A stretch of DNA of 64,000 nucleotides from a virus (taxonomy: Duplodnaviria; Caudoviricetes), in IMG/VR virus record IMGVR_UViG_3300017917_003016, positions 128,001-192,000 of that record; one strand, written 5' to 3'. The notes under the pieces are model-generated. The model searched no databases and had not been told where the DNA came from. It saw only the letters and a list, made by a program, of their open reading frames with translations. A program made the position numbers and the translations under genes. The stretch's first letter is position 1. Every line of letters starts with the position of its first letter. Below, one piece after another: positions 1 through 6,832 of this stretch.

Positions 1-541
1 GACCATTTTCTATGCGGTATTTAAAATAAGAAAAAATAATTTGATCTTTATACGGACTAGTCTGATATAACTTTTCAATAAAATCTCTATGAGTTTTTGT
101 TGAGCCCAAAAGACAATCAAACATTTTTGGTCTATCATAGGTATGATTTAGTTGCCCTAGTAATTTTTTAGCCCAGTTAGCAGTAGCATAGTAATTAACA
201 TGATCAATGAACCAACAGACTAAAGGTAAACATCTAGCATGATTTAGATTAAAATTGAGAATTGTATCACTAAAAAAAATTATTTTTTCGTAGTCATTGG
301 CTTTGATAAAATCAGCATAGTTAGTTGATTCGTTATGCACTGCTTCATTGTTATAGACAAAAAGTCTGGTACACCTGTTCAACAAATGGTTGATGATCTC
401 AGACTGCTGATCATAGTCATAGGTATAAAAATCGATGGCAATCGTATCGGCTGATCTATCAAATTTGATAAAATCATCAGGTTCAATAAGATGATGTTCT
501 TGTTGATTAAACTGCCAAAAAAAGGGTCCGGAATAAATCAT
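1..541 (-). CDS. Hypothetical protein, partial (runs off window start); possibly glycan-modification family
   Basis: Manually translated open frame from ATG at 541 (MIYSGPFFWQ...FDCLLGSTKTHRDFIEKLY...) with no stop before position 1; absent from ORF track. Confidence 0.7.
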   Translation of the reverse strand, partial: MIYSGPFFWQFNQQEHHLIEPDDFIKFDRSADTIAIDFYTYDYDQQSEIINHLLNRCTRLFVYNNEAVHNESTNYADFIKANDYEKIIFFSDTILNFNLNHARCLPLVCWFIDHVNYYATANWAKKLLGQLNHTYDRPKMFDCLLGSTKTHRDFIEKLYQTSPYKDQIIFSYFKYRIENG

Positions 542-578
542 ACAGAATATTTAGCAAGTGTCAAGAGTCTCTATCCCT

Positions 579-586
579 TATAAATA
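579..586 (+). promoter_or_regulatory. T4-like late promoter motif TATAAATA
   Basis: Exact T4 late consensus 6 nt before ATG at 593. Confidence 0.55.
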
Positions 587-592
587 TTTGAA

Positions 593-1099
593 ATGAAAAG
601 ATACTTTTGGATCATAGCATTTTTATTGTCTCCTGCTAGAGCATCTGATACTATTGATTTTGATAAATTATCGCGAGAGACATTTGATCTATATCCTATA
701 AAAGTAGAATATAGTCAACCTCCTTTAGAACGCATTTCTCCACAGGAACTACATCAATGGATCTGCGGAGACAAATGTCCTGAAGGCATTGAAGTCAAAG
801 GAGTGTACTTCCAAGGAACAATTTATTTGATTGATAATATTGTTACCTGGGACGACTGGGAAAAAAGTCTTTATGTACATGAGGTCGTGCACTATATACA
901 GGATTTGATAGGCAAAACTACCAGATCTGGTAGAGAACCATGTACAAATCATCTGGCATTAGAACTAGAAGCCTATAGCCTACAAAGTCAATGGCTCAGG
1001 CAACACGGAAAATTTATCAAACATTCAGACATAGTTGATCTAGCCAGGGCAAGTGCAGCCAGAGGCTGCAAAAAAACAGTTGACACTGTAAAAAAGTGA
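593..1099 (+). CDS. Secreted HExxH (zincin-like) protein
   Basis: N-terminal signal peptide; VHEVVHYIQD motif followed by ELEAY. Confidence 0.6.
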   Translation: MKRYFWIIAFLLSPARASDTIDFDKLSRETFDLYPIKVEYSQPPLERISPQELHQWICGDKCPEGIEVKGVYFQGTIYLIDNIVTWDDWEKSLYVHEVVHYIQDLIGKTTRSGREPCTNHLALELEAYSLQSQWLRQHGKFIKHSDIVDLARASAARGCKKTVDTVKK

Positions 1100-1108
1100 C
1101 TATATAAT
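1080..1108 (+). promoter_or_regulatory. sigma70-type promoter for tRNA cluster
   Basis: TTGACA (1080-1085), 17 nt spacer, TATAAT (1103-1108). Confidence 0.8.
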
Positions 1109-1153
1109 AGATGTATTGGTTAGACACGTTCATTAAAAATTTAGCAGTTCAGT

Positions 1154-1228
1154 CGCGGGATAGTGAAATGGCATCACGGTGGTCTCATAAGCCACAGTTC
1201 CTAGTTCGAATCTAGGTCTCCGCAACCA
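1154..1228 (+). tRNA. tRNA-Met(CAT), initiator-like
   Basis: Cloverleaf, CAT anticodon, C1:A72 mismatch, encoded CCA; one extra base in 3' acceptor strand. Confidence 0.8.
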
Positions 1229-1234
1229 GATTTT

Positions 1235-1309
1235 GCCGCGTTAGCACAGTGGTAGTGCAACGGTTTTGTAAACCGTAGGTCGTCTGTTCGAATCAGACAC
1301 GCGGCACCA
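1235..1309 (+). tRNA. tRNA-Thr(TGT)
   Basis: Cloverleaf, acggt-tt TGT aa-accgt, CCA end. Confidence 0.95.
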
Positions 1310-1316
1310 GATTATT

Positions 1317-1399
1317 GCCCGGGTGGTGGAATTGGTAGACACGCTGGTCTTAGAAGCCAGTGCTTCGGCGTAAGTGTTCGAGTCTCTTCTTGGGCACCA
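1317..1399 (+). tRNA. tRNA-Leu(TAG)
   Basis: Type II cloverleaf with variable arm, TAG anticodon, CCA end. Confidence 0.92.
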
Positions 1400-1406
1400 A
1401 AGTTTT

Positions 1407-1480
1407 GCGGCGTTCGTAAAATGGTATTACCTTAGCCTTCCAAGCTAAAGTCGCGAGTTCGATTCTCGCACGCCGCTCCA
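1407..1480 (+). tRNA. tRNA-Gly(TCC)
   Basis: Cloverleaf, TCC anticodon, U73, CCA end. Confidence 0.95.
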
Positions 1481-1484
1481 AGTT

Positions 1485-1576
1485 TCACATAAGTCAGATG
1501 AAGATGATGCCGTTGAAAGCGTGTGAAGATAGTGGACGATAAAACTTTAATTATAGCAGTACACTGGCTTATGTGA
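1485..1576 (+). ncRNA. Putative stem-loop RNA between tRNA-Gly and tRNA-Ala
   Basis: 13-bp inverted repeat tcacataagtcag (1485-1497) / ctggcttatgtga (1564-1576) with one G-U pair. Confidence 0.4.
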
Positions 1577-1579
1577 TTT

Positions 1580-1655
1580 GGGGGTGTAGCTCAGTTGGGA
1601 GAGCGCCAGCTTTGCAAGCTGGATGTCGCAAGTTCGATCCTTGTCACCTCCACCA
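1580..1655 (+). tRNA. tRNA-Ala(TGC)
   Basis: Cloverleaf, TGC anticodon, G3:U70, CCA end. Confidence 0.95.
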
Positions 1656-1662
1656 AATTTCT

Positions 1663-1738
1663 GCGGGCGTAACTCAGTTGGGAGAGTGCAACCTTGCCAA
1701 GGTTGATGTCGAGAGTTCGAACCTCTTCGCCCGCTCCA
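1663..1738 (+). tRNA. tRNA-Gly(GCC)
   Basis: Cloverleaf, GCC anticodon, CCA end. Confidence 0.95.
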
Positions 1739-1745
1739 TGTTTTT

Positions 1746-1821
1746 GGAAGGTTAGCTCAGTTGGTAGAGCATCGCCCTTACAAGGCGAGGGTCACTGGTT
1801 CGAGCCCAGTACCTTCCACCA
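1746..1821 (+). tRNA. tRNA-Val(TAC)
   Basis: Cloverleaf, TAC anticodon, CCA end. Confidence 0.95.
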
Positions 1822-1830
1822 AACACTACC

Positions 1831-2039
1831 GTGTCCTGACGGTTTATCAGGAGGTTGTGAGTATAGGTTGGCCAAACCTTCCAGAAACTCTCAGGTGCTC
1901 TGTCCACCTTAAGGCTACAGCGTAGACGTAGGCCCTGCGATAACGGCCCGCAGGTGTGATGTTCCTCTAGAGTGAACATACGGACAGGGTAACAACTCAG
2001 TTAGGGGCCATGGTGGTGCAGGTAGCCTAACACTGACAC
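1831..2039 (+). ncRNA. Putative structured non-coding RNA (multi-helix, possible pseudoknot)
   Basis: Several complementary segments in a 210-nt non-coding spacer: 1831-1835/2035-2039, 1836-1839/1847-1850, 1854-1858/1992-1996, 1865-1869/1875-1879, 1898-1905/1982-1989, 1934-1939/1949-1954, 1959-1964/1974-1979, 1912-1918/2022-2028. Confidence 0.55.
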
Positions 2040-2040
2040 T

Positions 2041-2117
2041 TCCCCGATAGCTCAGTTGGTAGTAGCAATGGACTGTTAATCCATGTGTCCCTGGTTCGAG
2101 CCCAGGTCGGGGAGCCA
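2041..2117 (+). tRNA. tRNA-Asn(GTT)
   Basis: Cloverleaf, GTT anticodon, G73, CCA end. Confidence 0.95.
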
Positions 2118-2122
2118 TTATT

Positions 2123-2199
2123 CGGACATTAGCGCAGCCCGGTAGCGCATCTGCTTTGGGAGCAGAGGGTCGTAGGTTCGAATCCTACATGTCCGACCA
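2123..2199 (+). tRNA. tRNA-Pro(TGG)
   Basis: Cloverleaf, TGG anticodon, C1-G72, CCA end. Confidence 0.95.
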
Positions 2200-2224
2200 T
2201 TTTTAATTTAACTAAAGGTAATGT

Positions 2225-2695
2225 ATGCAAAAACTTGACTTTGACGAAGTGCGGACGTTTATTCAGCAGCAAAGCCCAGAAACCAAAATCTACATTGGTG
2301 GCGATAGTCGTAGATTTCGTAAGGACAATACCTGGCATGCTGAATACACCCTTGCTGTTGTAGTTCATATCGATGGCAAGCATGGCTGCAAGATTTTTGG
2401 TGAGTCTTGCATTGAGCGTGATTTTGATCAACGTCGAGACCGCCCTAGCATGCGTCTTATGAATGAAGTCTACAAGATTAGTGAACTTTACCTTAAGTTA
2501 CACGAAGTTTTAGAAGATCGTGATGTTGAAGTACACCTAGATATTAACCCCAATGAAATGTACGGCAGTAGTTGTGTGGTACAACAGGCAGTGGGTTATA
2601 TTCGTGGTGTATGTAATGTTGTACCAATGGTTAAGCCTCGTGCGTTTGCTGCCAGTTACGCCGCAGACAGACTCAAGGAGGTATTGGCAGCATAA
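2225..2695 (+). CDS. RNase H-like protein (YkuK/DUF458-like)
   Basis: IYIGGDS...AVVVH...G...IF, RLMNEV, EVHLDINP, AASYAAD pattern typical of the family. Confidence 0.75.
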   Translation: MQKLDFDEVRTFIQQQSPETKIYIGGDSRRFRKDNTWHAEYTLAVVVHIDGKHGCKIFGESCIERDFDQRRDRPSMRLMNEVYKISELYLKLHEVLEDRDVEVHLDINPNEMYGSSCVVQQAVGYIRGVCNVVPMVKPRAFAASYAADRLKEVLAA

Positions 2696-2703
2696 AAGTT
2701 TAC

Positions 2704-2779
2704 GGGACGGTAGCTCAGTTGGTAGAGCAGCGGACTTTTAATCCGTTGGTCGCGAGTTCGAACCTCGCTCGTCCTACCA
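2704..2779 (+). tRNA. tRNA-Lys(TTT)
   Basis: Cloverleaf, TTT anticodon, CCA end. Confidence 0.95.
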
Positions 2780-2799
2780 ATATTAAAGGAGATCACAAA

Positions 2800-2982
2800 A
2801 TGAAAACGGTGGTTTTTAAAAATCGAAGATCAAATGAAAAATTTGTCTGCGACAACGTCCGTGATGTCCGTGTGATTGAAGGAGTTGAATATCTACAGGT
2901 ACATCGTCCGGACAATCCTAGAAACTTTTTGATGCGTAAAGATGCACTAGAAAGGGTAGAATCATCCCGCTTGCCGCGTTAG
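2800..2982 (+). CDS. Small hypothetical protein (60 aa)
   Basis: AAGGAG RBS then ATG at 2800; upstream part of tracked ORF overlaps tRNA-Lys. Confidence 0.65.
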   Translation: MKTVVFKNRRSNEKFVCDNVRDVRVIEGVEYLQVHRPDNPRNFLMRKDALERVESSRLPR

Positions 2983-3324
2983 GAAGTTGGCTCGCATGCT
3001 CTTTGGTTTGAAATATTCACGCACAACTTCTTTGACAATATCTATGCTGAATTCTTTGCAACTAAAAACGTCTAGATATAGATCGCCGGTTGAATCTATA
3101 AAGTGTGCAACAATACTGGATGTAACTATGATCTGCACAGCAGTGAATCCTGCTTTGTCGGGTTGATCTCCTGCTGTGTATTCTATCCAAGGTGTGCCAA
3201 TTGGCTCCATGTCAATTCTTTGCACTAGTTCTTCGATAAAGTTTTTAACATTCCATTTTTCCATGATCAGTGCACGGTTGCAGTCATGACAGTCTAATGT
3301 TAGATGATAACCCCAAAAACTCAT
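2962..3324 (-). CDS. speD: S-adenosylmethionine decarboxylase proenzyme (pyruvoyl-dependent, class 1b-like)
   Basis: GYHLTLDC, GFTAVQIIVTSSIVAHF, YLDVFSC match the SpeD fold and autocleavage region. Confidence 0.8.
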   Translation of the reverse strand: MSFWGYHLTLDCHDCNRALIMEKWNVKNFIEELVQRIDMEPIGTPWIEYTAGDQPDKAGFTAVQIIVTSSIVAHFIDSTGDLYLDVFSCKEFSIDIVKEVVREYFKPKSMRANFLTRQAG

Positions 3325-3395
3325 TGATGTCTCCTTGACATAGAATTCGTAAGAAAGTATAGTTATTTATTGTGCAGAGCAAAAAGTTAGATATA

Positions 3396-3469
3396 CCCGG
3401 TGTAGTTTAATGGTAGAACCGCAGCCTCCAAATCTGCATGTGGGAGTTCGATTCTCTCCACCGGGCCCA
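3396..3469 (+). tRNA. tRNA-Trp(CCA)
   Basis: Cloverleaf, CCA anticodon, CCA end; atypical C73 and C31:U39. Confidence 0.85.
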
Positions 3470-3474
3470 TTTAT

Positions 3475-3552
3475 GTAGAGGTGGCAGAGTGGCCCAATGC
3501 AAGGGATTGCAAATCCCTAAAACCGTGAGTTCGAATCTCACCCTCTACTCCA
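3475..3552 (+). tRNA. tRNA-Cys(GCA)
   Basis: Cloverleaf, GCA anticodon, U73, CCA end. Confidence 0.93.
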
Positions 3553-4047
3553 TTACCTGCACTGTTCTATTAGATTGGGCACTGCAAACCCTGTACTACC
3601 GTGTTTTTTCAAAAAATTACTCTGTGCGGTATAGGCATGCTGTTCGCTCTTAGCCCAGTGTAGGCAGTCTGGTTCATTTTTAAACAAATTGTTTTTTACC
3701 TGAGCCCAGTGTACTAATTCATGAAATACCACACTGGCAGTGAATAGGTTAATCTGCAGCAATGCTGGACTGATCAGTATCTCACCAGTCTCGTCGTCTG
3801 TGATAGCAGCCACATGACAGTCATGATTGACATCTTTGCAGTAGGCTGCTTCTATGGCCTGCCTGCTGGCTAGATAAACTTTGGGTTGTTCTTTAGGCAA
3901 AGGTAATCTGGTTATTTCAGTTATTTCTGTCATCAAAGGTCTGATCAGATTCTCATACATAATTGGCGGAATTGGAGTCTTAGAAATTTCTTGTGCATGG
4001 CTCCGGGCTGTGACCAGCAGCGCCAGGAGGAATATAATTTTTTTCAT
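3553..4047 (-). CDS. Secreted HExxH (zincin-like) protein, related to 593..1099
   Basis: Signal peptide; VFHELVHWAQ followed by SEQHAY. Confidence 0.6.
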   Translation of the reverse strand: MKKIIFLLALLVTARSHAQEISKTPIPPIMYENLIRPLMTEITEITRLPLPKEQPKVYLASRQAIEAAYCKDVNHDCHVAAITDDETGEILISPALLQINLFTASVVFHELVHWAQVKNNLFKNEPDCLHWAKSEQHAYTAQSNFLKKHGSTGFAVPNLIEQCR

Positions 4048-4078
4048 TTTAATTCCAAGTATCTACATACTTATGCTA

Positions 4079-4155
4079 GCCCCCGTAGCTCAGTGGACCA
4101 GAGCGGTGCGCTTCGAACGCACGGGTCGGGAGTTCGAATCTCTCCGGGGGCTCCA
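4079..4155 (+). tRNA. tRNA-Arg(TCG)
   Basis: Cloverleaf, gtgcg-ct TCG aa-cgcac, CCA end. Confidence 0.93.
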
Positions 4156-4214
4156 AATAAATAACTGTTGACAGCGGTTTAATGTATTTGATTTGATTTT
4201 TCATAAATAAAATT

Positions 4215-4850
4215 ATGCATACTTGTTTATACTGTCAAAAAAATTTTACTAACCTGGGTGGTTTGGGGGCGCATCACCCTTATTGTAAATCTAACCCAGA
4301 AAGAAAACAGCGTACAAAATCTCCCAATGCACATCGTAAAAAAGGTTCAATACCCTGGAACAAAGGGTTATCTATAGAAACTGATCAAAGAATAAAACCA
4401 AGATTAGAACTACAAGGTAAAAGATTTGGTGCTTCGTTAAACGGTCACAGTGAAGAGACTAAGAAAAAACTATCAGAAATCGCCAAAGAACGTAAATTAG
4501 GTGGATATGTAAAAGGCTCCGGAAGAGGTAAAAAAGGCTGGTACAAAGGATTTTTTTGCGACAGTAGTTGGGAACTTGCCTATGTAATTTATTGTTTAGA
4601 ACACGGTATAGATATTAAAAGAAATACAGAAATCAGAGAATACATATGGAAAGGGCAAGTTAAAAAATATATTCCTGATTTTAATGTACAAGGTGTAATA
4701 ACTGAAATTAAGGGTTACAAGACAGAACAATGGCTAGCAAAATTAAAAGCAAATATTGATGTAAAAGTCTTGTATGAAAAAGATTTAGAGTATATAATAG
4801 AGTATGTTAGTAGCAAATACGGTAAAGATTTTGTAAAGTTGTACGAGTAA
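4215..4850 (+). CDS. Free-standing homing-type endonuclease (zinc finger + NUMOD3-like + PD-(D/E)xK domain)
   Basis: CLYC...HHPYC finger, HSEETKKKLS repeat-like motif, DSSWE...YIPDF...EIKGY nuclease motif; CATAAATA at 4202-4209 upstream. Confidence 0.7.
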   Translation: MHTCLYCQKNFTNLGGLGAHHPYCKSNPERKQRTKSPNAHRKKGSIPWNKGLSIETDQRIKPRLELQGKRFGASLNGHSEETKKKLSEIAKERKLGGYVKGSGRGKKGWYKGFFCDSSWELAYVIYCLEHGIDIKRNTEIREYIWKGQVKKYIPDFNVQGVITEIKGYKTEQWLAKLKANIDVKVLYEKDLEYIIEYVSSKYGKDFVKLYE

Positions 4851-4855
4851 TGTTT

Positions 4856-4946
4856 GGAGGGGCAAACCGATTGGTGACGGTACCTGTCTTGAAAACAGTT
4901 GAGCGTTAATAGCGCCTTGGGGGTTCGACTCCGCCTCCCTCCGCCA
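4856..4946 (+). tRNA. tRNA-Ser(TGA)
   Basis: Type II cloverleaf with long variable arm, TGA anticodon, G73, CCA end. Confidence 0.9.
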
Positions 4947-4961
4947 ATTTTATGAGGCTGT

Positions 4962-5582
4962 ATGATTAAACTGCTAGGAAAACTACCGCGAGAAATTTGG
5001 GTAGCCTGCTCAGGTGGTGTCGATAGTCTTGCTGCTGTAGATTTTCTCAAAAACAATCATCGCGTTAGTGTGGTTTTTGTGCATCATGGCACAGAAGCCA
5101 GCGACCAAGGCATGATCAAAGTCTGCGAATATGCAGACACACACGCACTGCCGGTAGTGGTAAAATACATCGATACCCATCGGCCGCGCCAGCAAAGTCA
5201 GGAAGAATACTGGCGTCGAGAACGCTATGAGTTTTTTGATGAATTGCACAACGAATGGCCGTTGGTCACTGCACATCATCTAGATGACTGTGTGGAAACT
5301 TATGTATGGAGTATGTGTCATGGCCGCGGCAAGGTAATTCCCCATCGTCGTGGTCGCGTGATTAGGCCGTTTCTTCTTAACTCTAAACAGGAATTGATTG
5401 ATTGGGCTGAACTGCATGGCCTGTCCTGGCATGATGATGCCAGCAATCACGATATTAAGTATACACGCAATCTTGTACGACACGAAGTACTTCCACAGGT
5501 TCTACGGGTCAACCCCGGCATCGCACAAGTTGTGCGCAGGATTGTTAAAGATAATTTTGATCTTGACAGGCATCAATACTGA
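4962..5582 (+). CDS. tilS: tRNA(Ile)-lysidine synthetase, catalytic domain only
   Basis: SGGVDS PP-loop, RYEFF, TAHHLDD..ET, RPFL, DASN...YTRN..RH motifs. Confidence 0.9.
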   Translation: MIKLLGKLPREIWVACSGGVDSLAAVDFLKNNHRVSVVFVHHGTEASDQGMIKVCEYADTHALPVVVKYIDTHRPRQQSQEEYWRRERYEFFDELHNEWPLVTAHHLDDCVETYVWSMCHGRGKVIPHRRGRVIRPFLLNSKQELIDWAELHGLSWHDDASNHDIKYTRNLVRHEVLPQVLRVNPGIAQVVRRIVKDNFDLDRHQY

Positions 5583-5591
5583 ATATATACT
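5563..5591 (+). promoter_or_regulatory. sigma70-type promoter for tRNA-Ile2
   Basis: TTGACA (5563-5568), 17 nt, TATACT (5586-5591), overlapping tilS 3' end. Confidence 0.7.
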
Positions 5592-5607
5592 ATGTAATGA
5601 AAGTTAC

Positions 5608-5684
<77 letters not shown>

Positions 5685-5704
5685 ATATATTACTAGGTTT
5701 AATC

Positions 5705-5914
5705 ATGATAGAAAAAGAGTTGATTGATCTAATGCTAAGTATTAAGCATGAATTAATTGCTATCAGAACTGATCTAACATTGATTAATCATGATGTAATT
5801 AAAATTAACGAACGTATAGATACGTTGACAACTTTGGCTATGCAACCTCAAGAAAGTATTGGAATCGCTCCAAACACACCGCATCCAAGTTATCTTCCTC
5901 CAGAGGTAATGTAG
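5705..5914 (+). CDS. Hypothetical protein
   Basis: In-frame ATG at 5705 after the tRNA. Confidence 0.5.
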   Translation: MIEKELIDLMLSIKHELIAIRTDLTLINHDVIKINERIDTLTTLAMQPQESIGIAPNTPHPSYLPPEVM

Positions 5915-5947
5915 TCAAAACTTAAATTATTTTATAAGGAAACTAAA

Positions 5948-6277
5948 ATGTTAACAATGCTTTCTGTAGTAGTGGTACTGCTGGTAGCAGGGTATATTAT
6001 TAATACACGACTGCAAAAGTCGCAGACTAAGACCAGCCAACCTACTCCCACTGAACCCGTCAAAGTTACTGTCAGTGAAGAAGTTGTCACAGGGTTGACT
6101 GATCAAAAGATTGATGAAGTTGCTGCGGTAGTCGAGGGTGTTGAAGCAGTAGTGCCAGAAACTAAGGTAGAGGTTGTAGTCGAAACTACTGCCAAGAAGC
6201 CTGCAGCACGTAAGTCTTCAGCACGTAAGCCCGCTGCTAAGAAGGCACCTGCTAAGAAGCCTGCTGCTAAGAAGTAA
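5948..6277 (+). CDS. Membrane-anchored protein with Lys/Ala/Pro-rich histone-like tail
   Basis: N-terminal hydrophobic helix; C-terminal KKPAARK/KKAPAKKPAAKK repeats. Confidence 0.7.
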   Translation: MLTMLSVVVVLLVAGYIINTRLQKSQTKTSQPTPTEPVKVTVSEEVVTGLTDQKIDEVAAVVEGVEAVVPETKVEVVVETTAKKPAARKSSARKPAAKKAPAKKPAAKK

Positions 6278-6286
6278 AGTTTAATT

Positions 6287-6374
6287 GCCCGGGTGGTGAA
6301 ATAGGTAGACACAACGGACTTAAAATCCGTCGCCCTAAACAGGCGTACCGGTTCGATTCCGGTCCCGGGCACCA
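6287..6374 (+). tRNA. tRNA-Leu(TAA)
   Basis: Type II cloverleaf, TAA anticodon, CCA end. Confidence 0.95.
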
Positions 6375-6382
6375 ACAATACT

Positions 6383-6586
6383 ATGGACGTTAATCAACTT
6401 ATTAATCGTGTAAAAAATCTCCAGTACTGGGAAGTGACAATACCAGTACCACCGTTGGTAAAGTTTTCTGGGCGTGTGCCTTTTACTGTAAAAATAGTTG
6501 ATGACCGTGCTGTATGTAAGGTTTTAGCAGTTGACATAGTTGAAGCAGAACGCAGGGTTTTAGAATACTTTAATTCACAAGTTTAA
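6383..6586 (+). CDS. Hypothetical protein
   Basis: Fills gap between two tRNAs. Confidence 0.55.
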   Translation: MDVNQLINRVKNLQYWEVTIPVPPLVKFSGRVPFTVKIVDDRAVCKVLAVDIVEAERRVLEYFNSQV

Positions 6587-6587
6587 A

Positions 6588-6662
6588 CTGCTCGTAGCCT
6601 AATGGAAAGGCAACACTCTTCTAAAGTGTCTTATGGGGGTTCGAGTCCCTCCGGGCAGGCCA
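6588..6662 (+). tRNA. tRNA-Arg(TCT)
   Basis: Cloverleaf, acact-ct TCT aa-agtgt, CCA end. Confidence 0.93.
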
Positions 6663-6668
6663 AGTTAA

Positions 6669-6759
6669 GGAGAGTTGGCCGAGCGGTCGATGGCACCGGT
6701 CTACTAAACCGGCATACAGTTAACCTGTATCCAGGGTTCGAATCCCTGACTCTCCGCCA
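6669..6759 (+). tRNA. tRNA-Ser(ACT), rare A34 anticodon
   Basis: ccggt-ct ACT aa-accgg, long variable arm atacag/ctgtat, G73, CCA end. Confidence 0.85.
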
Positions 6760-6762
6760 TTT

Positions 6763-6770
6763 TATAAATA
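6763..6770 (+). promoter_or_regulatory. T4-like late promoter motif TATAAATA
   Basis: Exact consensus about 60 nt upstream of the cyclase gene. Confidence 0.55.
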
Positions 6771-6832
6771 ATTTAGTAAGACACCTATCTGTAACAATTC
6801 TTTAGACATGGTGTTAACAGGGGATCCAAACC

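Noticed and set aside
1495-1520. Possible hammerhead ribozyme core (cagatga...gaaa)
   Set aside because: Not CUGANGA, and no stem II can form between the motifs.
1843-1945. Resemblance to a SAM-I riboswitch (ttatc...ggtgc...gataa) and to the glycine riboswitch tail (aactctcagg)
   Set aside because: GCAAC core and kink-turn of SAM-I, and GGAGAG/CCGAAG of glycine aptamers, are absent; no downstream gene to regulate.
1573-2431. Tracked ORFs overlapping tRNAs (also 3438..3653, 6103..6378, 6602..6805)
   Set aside because: They are read-throughs of tRNA genes without RBS or protein-like composition.
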